Source of the DNA: an uncultured delta proteobacterium
GTDB lineage: Bacteria; Myxococcota_A; Polyangia; Fen-1088
Direction of reading: 5' to 3'
NCBI GenBank assembly: GCA_963755125.1
Contig: CAVWIP010000016.1
Coordinates: 64,001 to 128,000 of the forward strand
DNA: 64,000 nucleotides
Shown here: positions 46,698-58,599 of the stretch, piece after piece
How the letters are laid out: the number at the start of each line of letters is the position of its first letter
Position numbering within the stretch: the stretch's first letter is position 1
The notes under the pieces: model-generated
What the model saw: only the letters and a program-made list of their open reading frames with translations
What the model was told of the DNA's origin: nothing
Database searches by the model: none
Made by a program: the position numbers and the translations under genes

Positions 46698-48572
46698 CTA
46701 CGACGGGTACAGGCCGTCCACGATCCCGTTGATATACTTTTCGATGTTGGTGTAGCCGGTGTGATCGAAGTCGCCGGTGGCATCGCTGGGGTCGTTGGGA
46801 TTCAGGCCGTACTTGATTTCCCAGGCGTCTGGCATGCCATCCCCGTCCGTGTCGACGGGCGGGGTCCCGCCCGCCAGCGTCCCGTAGCCGCTGTTGGTGA
46901 GGCCGGTGGCCGTTTGCGTGGTCCACAGCGATCCTGATTTGCCCAGCGAGGTCAGGTCTGCGACGACCAGGGTGTCGACCTGATCGCGGTGCAGTGAGGG
47001 GCCGGCGCCGGCCACAACGGCGGCGTACGAGGCCGCCGCGCTGGTGGTCGGCATGCTCGCGGTATCTGTGGAGTTCGCCGCGTTCGCTTTGGTCGTGCCG
47101 CCTGGAGAACCTGCATCGGTACCGTTGAGTGTGCCGTCCTTGTCGCTGTCGAGGAGATTCCCCTGGACGTAGACGGTTTGCCCGCTGTTCATCTGGTAAT
47201 AGTCGTCTCCCGGACTGGTCGTCGACGGGCCTGCGATGAAATAGTTGTTGATGATGTCATGCCAGAATGTGCCGCTGGTGTCCCCGGCACAATAGGCGTA
47301 CCCGTAGTTGTAGACCACGTTATTGACGAACTGGGTGTTGGACTTGGCCAGGGGCTGGCGACCATGTGCGTTGGCCCACAGGTTTGCGTACCAGGTGAAG
47401 AATCCGCCGGTCATCTCGGTGTGTGCCCCGAACTGTTGCCCGGTCGGGTCCGCGATGATGGAGTTCTGCACGGTGATGTTGGTCGCCCCCACCGCGTCGA
47501 TGCTGTCGTACTGGGCGAACTCGACCGAGACATGGTCGAAGATCAGGTTGCTGCCATCGAGCAGGTTGATCCCGCTCTTCTTGGCGTCGGAATCGAGCAT
47601 GCCCTGGCGGAAGCGCACGTAGCGCACGATCACGTTCGATGCGGCGTCAAACGAAACCTCGCGGCCCATGAAGCCGATGCCGTCGCCAGGCGCGGTTTGC
47701 CCCGCGATGGTCAGGTTGCTGGTGACCGACACGGGCGATTGCAGACTGACGTAGCCACCGACGTCGAAGACCACGATGCGGTTCCCCGCACTGACGGCAT
47801 CGCGGAACGAGCCAGTACCCGTGTCGTTCAAATTGGTGACGTGGTAGACGCCATAACCACGCGCGCCAGTCGCTTTCTTGCCGAAGCCGTACGCGCCGGG
47901 AAATGCCACGACCGGGCCGGACGCGATGGACGAGCCGCCCGCTCCTCCTGAGCCGGACCGGCCTGCGCTGCCGCCCGAGTTCGTGGATCCGCCTGGTCCA
48001 GAGGCGCTGCTCGTGCTGCCCGCGATGCCGCCGGTCGCGCCGCCTGTGCGAGTCGCTCCGCCTGCCCCGCCCGTCGCTCCGCCTGCCCCACCCGTCGCTC
48101 CGCCCCTGCCCCCGGTCGTTCCGCCCGCCGTGGTCGCGCCGCCCATCGCTCCGCCCCTGCCCCCGGTCGTTCCGCCCGCCATGGTCGCACCGCCCGTCGC
48201 TCCGCCGGTCGCGGTCGTGCCGCCTGTCGCTCCGCCCGCCGTAGTCGCCCCGCCGGCCACAGTCGCGCCGCCCGGAACAGCGCTGCCGCCGGAACCGACC
48301 GAGCTGCTGGCAGTCGTTCCGCCGACGCTGGTCGCACCGCCTGCGACGGTCGCGCCGCCGCTGGCAGGGCTACCGCCCACGTTACCGCCGCCAGCCGAGC
48401 GACCAGCTGTCGCGACGACCGAACTGGAGCTGCCGCCGACTCCAGCGGCCGACGAAGTGGAGCCGCTGCTTCCCGCTCCTCCGCCGCCTTTGTTTCCAGC
48501 GTCGCTGGAACAAGCGCCAGCAAGGGCGGCGCTCAGGATCGTGATGCCCAGCAAAACTTGGCTGTTTCTCAT
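46698..48572 (-). CDS. Lipoprotein pectate lyase (PL1-like) with Gly-rich linker
   Basis: Lipobox LAGAC; 'AFPGAYGFG..ATG', 'VTNLND.G.GSFRDA', 'TIAGQTAPG.G', 'DHVS', 'DTDGDGMPDAWE'. Confidence 0.88.
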   Translation of the reverse strand: MRNSQVLLGITILSAALAGACSSDAGNKGGGGAGSSGSTSSAAGVGGSSSSVVATAGRSAGGGNVGGSPASGGATVAGGATSVGGTTASSSVGSGGSAVPGGATVAGGATTAGGATGGTTATGGATGGATMAGGTTGGRGGAMGGATTAGGTTGGRGGATGGAGGATGGAGGATRTGGATGGIAGSTSSASGPGGSTNSGGSAGRSGSGGAGGSSIASGPVVAFPGAYGFGKKATGARGYGVYHVTNLNDTGTGSFRDAVSAGNRIVVFDVGGYVSLQSPVSVTSNLTIAGQTAPGDGIGFMGREVSFDAASNVIVRYVRFRQGMLDSDAKKSGINLLDGSNLIFDHVSVEFAQYDSIDAVGATNITVQNSIIADPTGQQFGAHTEMTGGFFTWYANLWANAHGRQPLAKSNTQFVNNVVYNYGYAYCAGDTSGTFWHDIINNYFIAGPSTTSPGDDYYQMNSGQTVYVQGNLLDSDKDGTLNGTDAGSPGGTTKANAANSTDTASMPTTSAAASYAAVVAGAGPSLHRDQVDTLVVADLTSLGKSGSLWTTQTATGLTNSGYGTLAGGTPPVDTDGDGMPDAWEIKYGLNPNDPSDATGDFDHTGYTNIEKYINGIVDGLYPS

Positions 48573-48803
48573 GGTGTTGCCTTTCCGTATCTCTTAATAG
48601 TGTCGCTCTGCCCGGTCGGCGGGTCTACGAGACTTGCAAAAAGATGCGCACGGATCTGAGCCTGGCTGCGTCACAAATCCGTATCCACATGCGTCATCAA
48701 CTGGCCTTGCGCGTTGAGAAGCCCCGGTCGGTGGTATCTGGGATGAGAGTTCGCGAGCCGGTGCTGCTAGTCTTGTGTGTTTATCCGTATCCAACGAGGA
48801 CCG

Positions 48804-49589
48804 ATGGCCAGACAAACCGCACTCATCACCGGAGCGTCAGCGGGGCTGGGACGCGAGTACGCGCGGCTATTCGCCAAAGATGGACATGATCTGGTGCTGG
48901 TGGCGCGACGGCGCGAGCGCCTCGACGAGTTGGCCAGCGAGCTGGCAGCGGCGCACAAGACCACATGCCTGGTCGTCACCGCGGATCTGGCGGTAGCCGG
49001 TGCCGGCCAGCACATAGCCGATCGGGTGCAGGCTGCGGGCCGCCAGGTGGACTTCCTGGTCAACAACGCCGGGTTCGGCAAACGCGGAGCGTTTGCGCAA
49101 TCGGATGGTCCTAGCCAGCTTGAGATGATCGACGTCAACGTGCGGGCGCTGGTCGAGCTGACCCACCTGTTCCTGCCCGGCATGCTGGAGCGCAAGCAAG
49201 GGCGCATCCTCAACATCGCCTCGATTGCCGGGTTCGTTCCCGGACCTTTCATGGCGACCTATTACGCCAGCAAGGCCTTCGTGGTCAGCTTCACCGAGGC
49301 GCTGGCGAGCGAGATCCACGGCACCGGCGTCACGGCAACCGCGAGCTGCCCGGGGCCGACGGCAACCGAGTTCGCCGACGTTGCAGGCAGCGCCGGATCC
49401 AACCTGTTCCGGCGCCACCTGGCCGACGCAGCGCCGGTCGCCCGGCACGGCTACCGGGCCATGTTGGCCGGCGCCGTGCTGGCCATCCCGGGACTGAAGA
49501 ACAAGTTCAGCGCCCAGTCGATCCGCATCGCCCCGCGCGCTGCGGTGCGCGCCATCGCCGCCAGGCTGAACAGCGATCGGACCAAGTAG
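48804..49589 (+). CDS. Short-chain dehydrogenase/reductase
   Basis: TGASAGLG, NNAG, YYASK. Confidence 0.92.
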   Translation: MARQTALITGASAGLGREYARLFAKDGHDLVLVARRRERLDELASELAAAHKTTCLVVTADLAVAGAGQHIADRVQAAGRQVDFLVNNAGFGKRGAFAQSDGPSQLEMIDVNVRALVELTHLFLPGMLERKQGRILNIASIAGFVPGPFMATYYASKAFVVSFTEALASEIHGTGVTATASCPGPTATEFADVAGSAGSNLFRRHLADAAPVARHGYRAMLAGAVLAIPGLKNKFSAQSIRIAPRAAVRAIAARLNSDRTK

Positions 49590-49603
49590 CTGGATGGACT
49601 AGG

Positions 49604-51883
49604 ATGAAGAAACGGGAGGGCACGGACGCCGAGATGTTGCGCGCGCGCGCCGAAGACCGGCTGAAAGAGAAGCCGAGCAGGCCGGAGGCCGACGGCCGCG
49701 ATATGGTGGAGGAGTCGCAGCGTCTGGTCCACGAGCTGCAGGTTCACCAGATCGAGCTGGAGCTGCAGAACGAGGAGCTGCAAGCGTCGCGGGCAGAGTT
49801 GGAGGCGGGGTTGGAACGTTATTCTCACCTCTACGACTTCGCGCCGGTGGGCTACCTGACATTGGATCGCGACGGGGCGATCCAGAAGGTCAATCTCACC
49901 GGGGCGCGGCTGCTCGGGCTGGAGCGTGCTCGCCTGGTCGGGACGCGCCTTGGCCGCTTCGTCTCGGCTGAATATCGTCCCGCCTTCAACGCTCTTCTCG
50001 ACAAGGTCTTCGAGAGCCAGGCCAGGCAGGGCTGCGATCTGGAGATCTGCCCGGAGACGATCGCACCCATCTGGTTACACATCGATGCGATCGTCGCCGA
50101 TGACCAAGGCCGCGAATGTCGCGCGGTATTGGCCGACGTGACCGAGCGCCGGCGCATCGAAGAGTCTCTACGCTTTCGCGTCTCACTGCTCGACTATGCT
50201 GCCAACCACTCGCTGGAAGAACTGCTGCAAGAGACGCTGGACAAGGTCGGGGCTCTGACCGAAAGCCCGATCGGTTTCTACCACTTCGTCGAGCCGGACC
50301 AGAACACGCTTCGCCTGGCAGCCTGGTCCAGGCGAACCGTCAAGGAGTTCTGCTCGGCCACAGGACAAGGCAGCCACTACCCGATCGAGCAGGCTGGTGT
50401 CTGGGCGGACTGCGCGCGCCAGCGATGGCCGGTCATCCACAACGACTATGCCTCGCTCCCGCATCGCAAGGGACTGCCCGAGGGACATGCGGCCATCACG
50501 CGCGAACTGGTCGTGCCCATCATCCGGTCAGAGCTCATCGTGGCCATCGTTGGGGTCGGCAACAAGCCCAGCGATTACACCGACAGCGACGTGCAGATCG
50601 TCTCGCACCTGGCCGACGTGGCCTGGACCATCATCGAGCGCAAGCGCGCGGAACAGGCCCTGCAGGAAAGCGAGGCGCGCTATCGCGAGGCTGCGCAGGC
50701 GCTGGCCGAGGCGGACCGCAACAAGAATCATTTCCTGGCGGTGCTCTCGCACGAGCTGCGCAATCCGCTCGCCCCCATCACCAACAGCCTCTACATCCTC
50801 GACCGCGCGGTTCCGGGCGGCGCCCAGGCGCTTCGCGCCCACGCGGTGATCGCCCGACAGGTCGGCCAGCTTTCCCGCTTGGTTGACGATCTGCTCGACA
50901 CCACCAGGATCGGGCGCAACAAGCTCACGCTGCACCGGGAACGATTGGAGCTCAACCAACTGGTGCGCCGGACGCTGGACGATTACGGACCCCAGTTCGA
51001 GAAGAACCAGGTGGGTGTCGAGCTTGCTCCCGCGCCCAGGCCGGTGTTTGTCAACGGAGACGGAAACCGTCTGGCACAGATTGTGGGCAACCTGTTGCAG
51101 AATGCCGCAAAGTTCACCGGGCCGGGCGGCCACACGCGCGTGTCCGTGTCCACCGACGACAAGAGCAAACGCGCGGTTGTTCGTGTTGCCGATACCGGCG
51201 TCGGCATGGATGCCCCAATGCTGGAGCGCCTGTTCCAGCCGTTTGCACAGGCTGATACCACGCTCGATCGCAGTAAGGGTGGTCTGGGTCTCGGACTGGC
51301 GCTCGTTAGAGGGCTGGTTGAACTGCACGGCGGCACCATCTCCGCGCACAGCCCTGGGCTGGGCCAAGGGGCAGAATTTGTCGTGCGCCTGCCACTGGCG
51401 CTGGAGCAGACTGCGGCTGACGGACCAGCGCGCTCCAGCACCGAGGCCCAAGGCGGCCGCCGGCGCGTGCTGGTCATCGAGGACAACATCGACGCGGCCG
51501 AGAGCCTGCGCGAGGCGATCGAGTTCAGCGGACACGAAGTCGAGGTCGCATACAATGGACCCGCAGGCATCGCCAAGGCCCACCAGTACAAGCCCGAGGT
51601 CGTCTTCTGCGACATTGGACTTCCCGGCATGGACGGCTTCGATGTCGCCCGGGCGTTCCGGGCTGACCATGCCCTCAAAGGCGCCCATCTCGTGGCGCTC
51701 AGTGGGTACGCCCTGCCCGAGGACGTGCAACGGGCTTTTGAGGCCGGCTTCGATCAGCATCTCGCCAAACCGCCGAATCTGTTGAGCCTGGAACAAACCC
51801 TGGCGCACATGCCGTCGGCTGCGCGCGAGCTGGCGAGCGAACCGGATTCCAGCAAAGAGGGACCGGGATCCGTCGCAGACTGA
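49604..51883 (+). CDS. Hybrid sensor histidine kinase (PAS-GAF-HisKA-HATPase-REC)
   Basis: 'HELQVHQIELELQNEEL', PAS, GAF, 'SHELRNPL', 'NLLQNAAKFT', 'GLGLGL', 'DIGLPGMDG'. Confidence 0.93.
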   Translation: MKKREGTDAEMLRARAEDRLKEKPSRPEADGRDMVEESQRLVHELQVHQIELELQNEELQASRAELEAGLERYSHLYDFAPVGYLTLDRDGAIQKVNLTGARLLGLERARLVGTRLGRFVSAEYRPAFNALLDKVFESQARQGCDLEICPETIAPIWLHIDAIVADDQGRECRAVLADVTERRRIEESLRFRVSLLDYAANHSLEELLQETLDKVGALTESPIGFYHFVEPDQNTLRLAAWSRRTVKEFCSATGQGSHYPIEQAGVWADCARQRWPVIHNDYASLPHRKGLPEGHAAITRELVVPIIRSELIVAIVGVGNKPSDYTDSDVQIVSHLADVAWTIIERKRAEQALQESEARYREAAQALAEADRNKNHFLAVLSHELRNPLAPITNSLYILDRAVPGGAQALRAHAVIARQVGQLSRLVDDLLDTTRIGRNKLTLHRERLELNQLVRRTLDDYGPQFEKNQVGVELAPAPRPVFVNGDGNRLAQIVGNLLQNAAKFTGPGGHTRVSVSTDDKSKRAVVRVADTGVGMDAPMLERLFQPFAQADTTLDRSKGGLGLGLALVRGLVELHGGTISAHSPGLGQGAEFVVRLPLALEQTAADGPARSSTEAQGGRRRVLVIEDNIDAAESLREAIEFSGHEVEVAYNGPAGIAKAHQYKPEVVFCDIGLPGMDGFDVARAFRADHALKGAHLVALSGYALPEDVQRAFEAGFDQHLAKPPNLLSLEQTLAHMPSAARELASEPDSSKEGPGSVAD

Positions 51884-51932
51884 GTGGCGGGCGCGCGTCC
51901 TCGGAAGAACAACCCTTTCCACGATCGAGCCG

Positions 51933-52050
51933 CGCACCCAATCGCAGCGATCGGTGGTAGTCGTGGACGTTGTCGTGGTCGTAGACGTGGTCGTCTTCGT
52001 GGCCGTGGCCGGAGCGATCACCGTCGGCCACGACCACGACCATGGCCGCG
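51933..52050. repeat. GTCGTG/CACGAC-rich dispersed palindromic repeat, copy 2
   Basis: Related to 11484-11560; lies between convergent genes. Confidence 0.65.
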
Positions 52051-52078
52051 ACGTGTTGTGGTTGTCGCGAAATTGCGA

Positions 52079-53257
52079 TCAAACCAGCGCAATGGCGCCG
52101 GGGGATCGCTGCGGTCCACTGTACGGGTGCCGCTCCACCACGCGCAAGCGCGCGCGGGTCAACCGCTCGATGTCGCGCAGGAAGGTGCGCTCGCTGGGGT
52201 CGCAGAAGGACAGCGCGATGCCGGCGGCGCCGGCGCGACCGGTGCGGCCGATGCGGTGCACGTAGCTCTCTGGCTCGTTGGGGATCTCGAAATTGATGAC
52301 GTGAGTGATCCCGTCCACGTCGATCCCGCGTGACGCGATGTCGGTGGCCACCAGCACACGCACGCTGCCCTTCTTGAAACCGGCCAGGGCGCGCTCGCGC
52401 GCTGACTGGCTCTTGTTGCCGTGGATGGCCTCGCTGCACACTCCGCCGCGGTTGAGGTGCTCGGCCACGCGGTTGGCGCCGTGCTTGGTGCGGGTGAAGA
52501 CCAGCACGCGAGCCATGGCCCGATCGCGCAGCACCTCGGCCAGCAAGTTGCGCTTGTTGTTCGACTGCACGTGCAGCACCCACTGGCTGACCTTCTCGGC
52601 GGTGCTGGCTGTGGGCGTGACCGACACCGTCGCTGGGTTGTGCAGCATTCCGCTGGCCAGCGCCACGATGTCGGGCGGCAGGGTGGCCGAGAACAGCATG
52701 GTCTGACGCTGCCGCGGCACCGCGGCCACGATGCGACGGATAGGCTGGATGAATCCCATGTCCAGCATGCGATCGCCCTCGTCGAGCACCAGGGCCTCGA
52801 CGCCGTCCAGCCGCACATGTCCCTGCTGCATGAGATCGAGCAGGCGGCCGGGGGTGGCCACCAGGATTTCAGCCCCGCGGCGGATGCCGTCCACCTGCGG
52901 CTTCTGCCCGACCCCGCCGAAAACCACCACGTGGCGCAAGGGAAGATGGCGGCCGTAGCTGGCAAAGCTTTCGCCGATCTGGGAGGCCAGCTCGCGCGTG
53001 GGCGCCAGCACCAGGGCGCGCGGCCCGCGCAGACCCTCGCGCCGGGGCGAGCCGGCCAGGCGGGTCAGGATGGGAATGGCGAAGGCCGCAGTCTTGCCGG
53101 TGCCAGTCTGCGCGCAACCGAGCAGATCGCGGCCCGCCAAAAGGAGCGGAATAGCCTGCGCCTGGATGGGCGTGGGCACGGTGTAGCCCTCGCTATGAAG
53201 GGCACGGCGAATGGGATCGATGATGTCGAGCTGGGAAAAGGAGCTGATGGTGTTCAT
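52079..53257 (-). CDS. rhlE: DEAD-box RNA helicase, RhlE-like (motif II reads DEGD)
   Basis: Q motif 'PTPIQ', 'AQTGTGKT', PTRELA, '[12 protein letters not shown]', SAT, '[10 protein letters not shown]'. Confidence 0.85.
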   Translation of the reverse strand: MNTISSFSQLDIIDPIRRALHSEGYTVPTPIQAQAIPLLLAGRDLLGCAQTGTGKTAAFAIPILTRLAGSPRREGLRGPRALVLAPTRELASQIGESFASYGRHLPLRHVVVFGGVGQKPQVDGIRRGAEILVATPGRLLDLMQQGHVRLDGVEALVLDEGDRMLDMGFIQPIRRIVAAVPRQRQTMLFSATLPPDIVALASGMLHNPATVSVTPTASTAEKVSQWVLHVQSNNKRNLLAEVLRDRAMARVLVFTRTKHGANRVAEHLNRGGVCSEAIHGNKSQSARERALAGFKKGSVRVLVATDIASRGIDVDGITHVINFEIPNEPESYVHRIGRTGRAGAAGIALSFCDPSERTFLRDIERLTRARLRVVERHPYSGPQRSPGAIALV

Positions 53258-53472
53258 TTTTCTCTCGGTTGTCCCCGAGAGACGCCATCCGAGCCTGCCT
53301 TTTCGCGCAACGATCCGAGACGACCACTTCGAGGTTGGTTACGAACTACGGCAGTAGTGATGCGGGGAGAAGCCTGCGAAGTCAAGGTTTTGCTTCAGGC
53401 TACGGGCTTAGATCTTTCCCGATTGTGGTGCGTTGCAATCGGATGGACACTAATCCCGCCACGAGGACGACC

Positions 53473-55626
53473 ATGAAAACAGCCCTGCTCATCACCGCAA
53501 TCCTTTCTCTTTCCGCGTGCAGCTCCGCCACCAGCTACGTGCGCTCCGACACTGTGCTGGGACGGGTGGTCATCTACCGCAACGGCGTGGCCTACTTCGA
53601 GCGCTCGGCGACCGTGGCCGAGGATTCTCTGCAACTCTCCGTCCCGGCGGACAAGGTGGACGATTTCTTGCGCTCGCTCACCGTGGTCGACGCGGACACG
53701 GGCGAGCCCACGCCGGTTTCCTATCCGACTCAGCCGGCGCTGGCCGGCGGGACCGGGCTGATCGACATGAGGATCGGGCTGTCCGGCACGGCGCCGCACA
53801 AGTTGCGCCTGTCGTACGTGACCGAGGCGCCCTCGTGGAAACCCAGCTACCGCTTGGTCCTGGCCAAGCCCGGCACGGTGGAAGTGCAAGCATGGGCCGT
53901 GGTGGACAACACCTCGGGCGAGGACTGGAATCAGGTGAAGCTGGGCGTGGGTTCCAGCTCGGCCATGTCGTTCCGCTACGACCTGCACTCGGTGCGCAAC
54001 GTGGAGCGTGAAACCCTCCGCTCGAACGATCTGTTTGCCCAGGCTCCGCCCACCGGTGGGTCGAGCTACGGCCAGGCGGGCGGGACAATGCCGATCCTGG
54101 CCGAGTTGAACGATGCCGTGCTGGCTCGGGACGAGGAGATCGAGAAGGAGGCGCCCTCGGTGATGGCCGAGTCGATGGCCGCCGACGTGCACGTCAGCCG
54201 GTCGCGGCGGGCCGCCAAGCCCAAGGCTTCCGCACCGGAGCCTGCGTTCGCGCACAAGGACGCCGGGGCTCCGCCGGGCCAGCCGCTGGACAGTCGCATG
54301 GCCGATGTCGCGCGCCGGCTGCAGTCCACCCACGATCAGGTGGTCGTGGAAGGATTCGCCGAGGCCCACGAGAGTGACAAGAACGCAGCCTCGCTGGCGC
54401 GTGCCAATCGCGTGCGCGAGCAGCTCATCCGCAACGGACTTCCCCCCGAACAGGTGGTGGCCGTGGGTCGCGGCCTGCAGGCCGGACATGCCGGCGGTGT
54501 TCGCCTGGTGCAAACCCCGCCGCCGCCCGCACCGCCCAAGAGCCCGGCGTCCGCTGCCTCGGCCGAAGCGCAAGAGCCCATCGGCACCGCGCACTTCGAA
54601 TCGCAGACCGCCATGTCAGTGGCGCGCGGCTCGTCCGCCATGGTTTCCATCCTGAAGAAGGACGCCAGCGGCGAGGTGGTCTACTTCTATGATTCCGAAA
54701 CCTCGCGCGGCAACGACATCTTCCCGTTCAAGGCCATCCGTCTCATCAACCCGACGGACTCCGTACTGGAAGGCGGCCCGGTCACGGTGTTCGGCGAGGG
54801 CCGCTTCATCGGCGAAGGTCTGGTCGAGCCCATTCCGGCGCGCTCGCCCGCTTTCGTTCCCTTTGCCCTGGACCGCCAGGTGGTGGTGGAGCGCAAGAGC
54901 GAGGAGCGCGACGAGATCGCGCGCATCATCACCGTCCAGCGCGGCGTCTTTTCCACCGAGGCGAAGCACATCCGGCGCACGGTTCTGACCCTGAACAACC
55001 GCCAGGACGAGAAGGCCTCGGTGTATCTGCGCCACAGTCTGCTGCCCGGTTACAGCCTGACCAAGTCACCCGGCAAGAGCGAGCGCATGGGCGCGGCCTA
55101 CCTGTTCCGCATCGAACTGGAGCCCAAGGCCAAGATCGACGTGACGTTGGAGGAAGCCACGCCGGTGTTCCAGACCACGGACATCCGCGCCCACGACGGC
55201 CTGGAGCTGATCGGCGCGTATCTCTCCTCGGCGGCCACCGGCATCCTGAAGGATCAGGTCGCTCATCTCATCAAGCTGCACAAAGAGACCGCCAACATCG
55301 AGCAGCAGATCAACACCACGCGCGAGCAGATGCAGGAGTACCGCGCGCGCATGGACGAGTTGCACGCGCAGATCGTGACCCTGACCGAGGTGAGGACCGG
55401 CGCAGCGCTGTTGAGGGACCTGCAGAAGAAGATGCAGGACATTTCACAGAAAGTCTCGCAGGCGACCATTCAATTGGTGAACCTGCAAGAGCGACTGATG
55501 ATTGCGCGTATCAACTTCCAAGACGCCGTGGCCGAACTGAGCCTGGAAGAAAAGAAGCCCGAGGTCGCCGGCGGCGAGTCTGCCCCCGCCAGGGAAAAGA
55601 CCGCGGCGCACAAAAAGGCGAGGTAG
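53473..55626 (+). CDS. DUF4139/DUF4140-type lipoprotein with inserted OmpA-like segment and C-terminal coiled coil
   Basis: Lipobox LSAC; 'VVIYRNGVAYFER', 'DDFLRSL', 'SWKPSYR', 'WAVVDNTSGEDW'. Confidence 0.78.
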   Translation: MKTALLITAILSLSACSSATSYVRSDTVLGRVVIYRNGVAYFERSATVAEDSLQLSVPADKVDDFLRSLTVVDADTGEPTPVSYPTQPALAGGTGLIDMRIGLSGTAPHKLRLSYVTEAPSWKPSYRLVLAKPGTVEVQAWAVVDNTSGEDWNQVKLGVGSSSAMSFRYDLHSVRNVERETLRSNDLFAQAPPTGGSSYGQAGGTMPILAELNDAVLARDEEIEKEAPSVMAESMAADVHVSRSRRAAKPKASAPEPAFAHKDAGAPPGQPLDSRMADVARRLQSTHDQVVVEGFAEAHESDKNAASLARANRVREQLIRNGLPPEQVVAVGRGLQAGHAGGVRLVQTPPPPAPPKSPASAASAEAQEPIGTAHFESQTAMSVARGSSAMVSILKKDASGEVVYFYDSETSRGNDIFPFKAIRLINPTDSVLEGGPVTVFGEGRFIGEGLVEPIPARSPAFVPFALDRQVVVERKSEERDEIARIITVQRGVFSTEAKHIRRTVLTLNNRQDEKASVYLRHSLLPGYSLTKSPGKSERMGAAYLFRIELEPKAKIDVTLEEATPVFQTTDIRAHDGLELIGAYLSSAATGILKDQVAHLIKLHKETANIEQQINTTREQMQEYRARMDELHAQIVTLTEVRTGAALLRDLQKKMQDISQKVSQATIQLVNLQERLMIARINFQDAVAELSLEEKKPEVAGGESAPAREKTAAHKKAR

Positions 55627-55677
55627 CGAAGCGACATTCGCTCGACCCGTGACTCGGCGGTTTGAGGCATCGCTTCC

Positions 55678-56373
55678 CTAGTTCCCGTCGTTGATTGTAA
55701 TGAGCGCAGGCGAGTCGTGGGTCACGGCCAGAAAGGTCGCGTTGGCAGGAAGGCCCGCGGGAATGCTGCCGTCGTTGGCGGTGTTGAGGTTGCAGGCCGC
55801 CAGCGCATAGAACCAGGGAACGCTCGGGGTCGTGGTCCACAACTGCTGCCCGATGCCGGCCTGAGACCCCTGGCTGGCGGGACCGGCGTTGACCAAGTAG
55901 GTGCAGTAGAGCTGGTTCCAGCGGGGCCGCAGTCCGATCCGGCTCCAGCCAGAGGGTTGCGGGTTGGGGATGTTCTGCGGCGTGCGCGCAGATTCAAAGC
56001 CCGGGGCAGTGGGGGAAACGGGTATGAACGCCGTCGCCGCCTCGTCGGGGCTCGGCTGCGTGAGATTGTCGTCCAAGCGCGCCGGCACGTACGCACCCAT
56101 GTCCATGAAGTAGAGTTGCTCCTTGGCCGCCAGCTCGGCCAGCATGGCGTCAGCCTCCGAAAGCCGCGCCCGCGCCACGTAGCGCTTGTACCCGATGGTC
56201 GCAATGGCAGCCAGCACGCCAAGGATGACGATTACGATCATCAGCTCGATCAGCGTCGTTCCCTGTGTACGGCCGCAGGGTTGGCGATTCGTCCCACCAC
56301 CCGTCGCGGCGTTGTGCCGGCGCGCGATCAATCCGGGCGCGCCCCACCGTAGAGAGACAGACTGTGAATCCAT
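55678..56373 (-). CDS. Type IV pilin-like protein
   Basis: Prepilin motif 'QG/TTLIELMIVIVILGVLAAIA..Y..Y..RAR.SEA'. Confidence 0.85.
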   Translation of the reverse strand: MDSQSVSLRWGAPGLIARRHNAATGGGTNRQPCGRTQGTTLIELMIVIVILGVLAAIATIGYKRYVARARLSEADAMLAELAAKEQLYFMDMGAYVPARLDDNLTQPSPDEAATAFIPVSPTAPGFESARTPQNIPNPQPSGWSRIGLRPRWNQLYCTYLVNAGPASQGSQAGIGQQLWTTTPSVPWFYALAACNLNTANDGSIPAGLPANATFLAVTHDSPALITINDGN

Positions 56374-56504
56374 GCCCTTCTCCTTGGTTACGACGAGATG
56401 TATTGCTGTCCCGTCTGCATCAAGGGTGCAGCCTGCGTGTCTCGCGCGTATTGCCGGAAAGTAAAGCTACGTAAAGGTGTGGACCTGGTGCCAACGAGGT
56501 GAAG

Positions 56505-56795
56505 ATGAATCTGCTGTCATCTCTCTTCCAATTGTCCTCTTGTCTTGTGGTTTGTCCCCTGCTGGGATGTGGTAGTGGCTCGCACACCGGCACCCGAGCG
56601 ACCGCGGGGTGCGGCTCGGCCCAGAACAATGCTTTCTGCGCGTCGATGTCTTTGTCGCCGCCCATTGGGCAGCCGCCGCAGAAATCGTACAAGGAGTTCA
56701 ACAACAACTGGCCGCTCGACTCCTGGCAGGTGACGGAGCCGAGCGACGGGTACCAGGTGTGCTACATCCGTTTGCTGTCGAAGTTCGTGAAGTAG
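56505..56795 (+). CDS. Short Cys-rich putative lipoprotein or truncated gene
   Basis: 'LLGC' lipobox-like motif; no recognisable domain. Confidence 0.25.
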   Translation: MNLLSSLFQLSSCLVVCPLLGCGSGSHTGTRATAGCGSAQNNAFCASMSLSPPIGQPPQKSYKEFNNNWPLDSWQVTEPSDGYQVCYIRLLSKFVK

Positions 56796-56841
56796 GCTCG
56801 GGCCAGCTCTGCCGCGCCTCTGGGGCGACCGCAGGTCGCCC

Positions 56842-58461
<1,620 letters not shown>

Positions 58462-58599
58462 GGGGGCAGCGAAGAGTAGCAGAGGAATGGCGCCCGTGCG
58501 CGAGAGAGTGCCTTCAATCGCCGTAGGCAAACGATCCGAGCACAATCCCCAGCGATATGCCCTGTCCCGCCGCAGAAGCTGCGGCCGCAAAGAGAAACT

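Noticed and set aside
56416..56432. Sigma54 promoter upstream of the pilin gene
   Set aside because: The best match (CTGCAC-N5-ATGCA) lacks the invariant GG at -24
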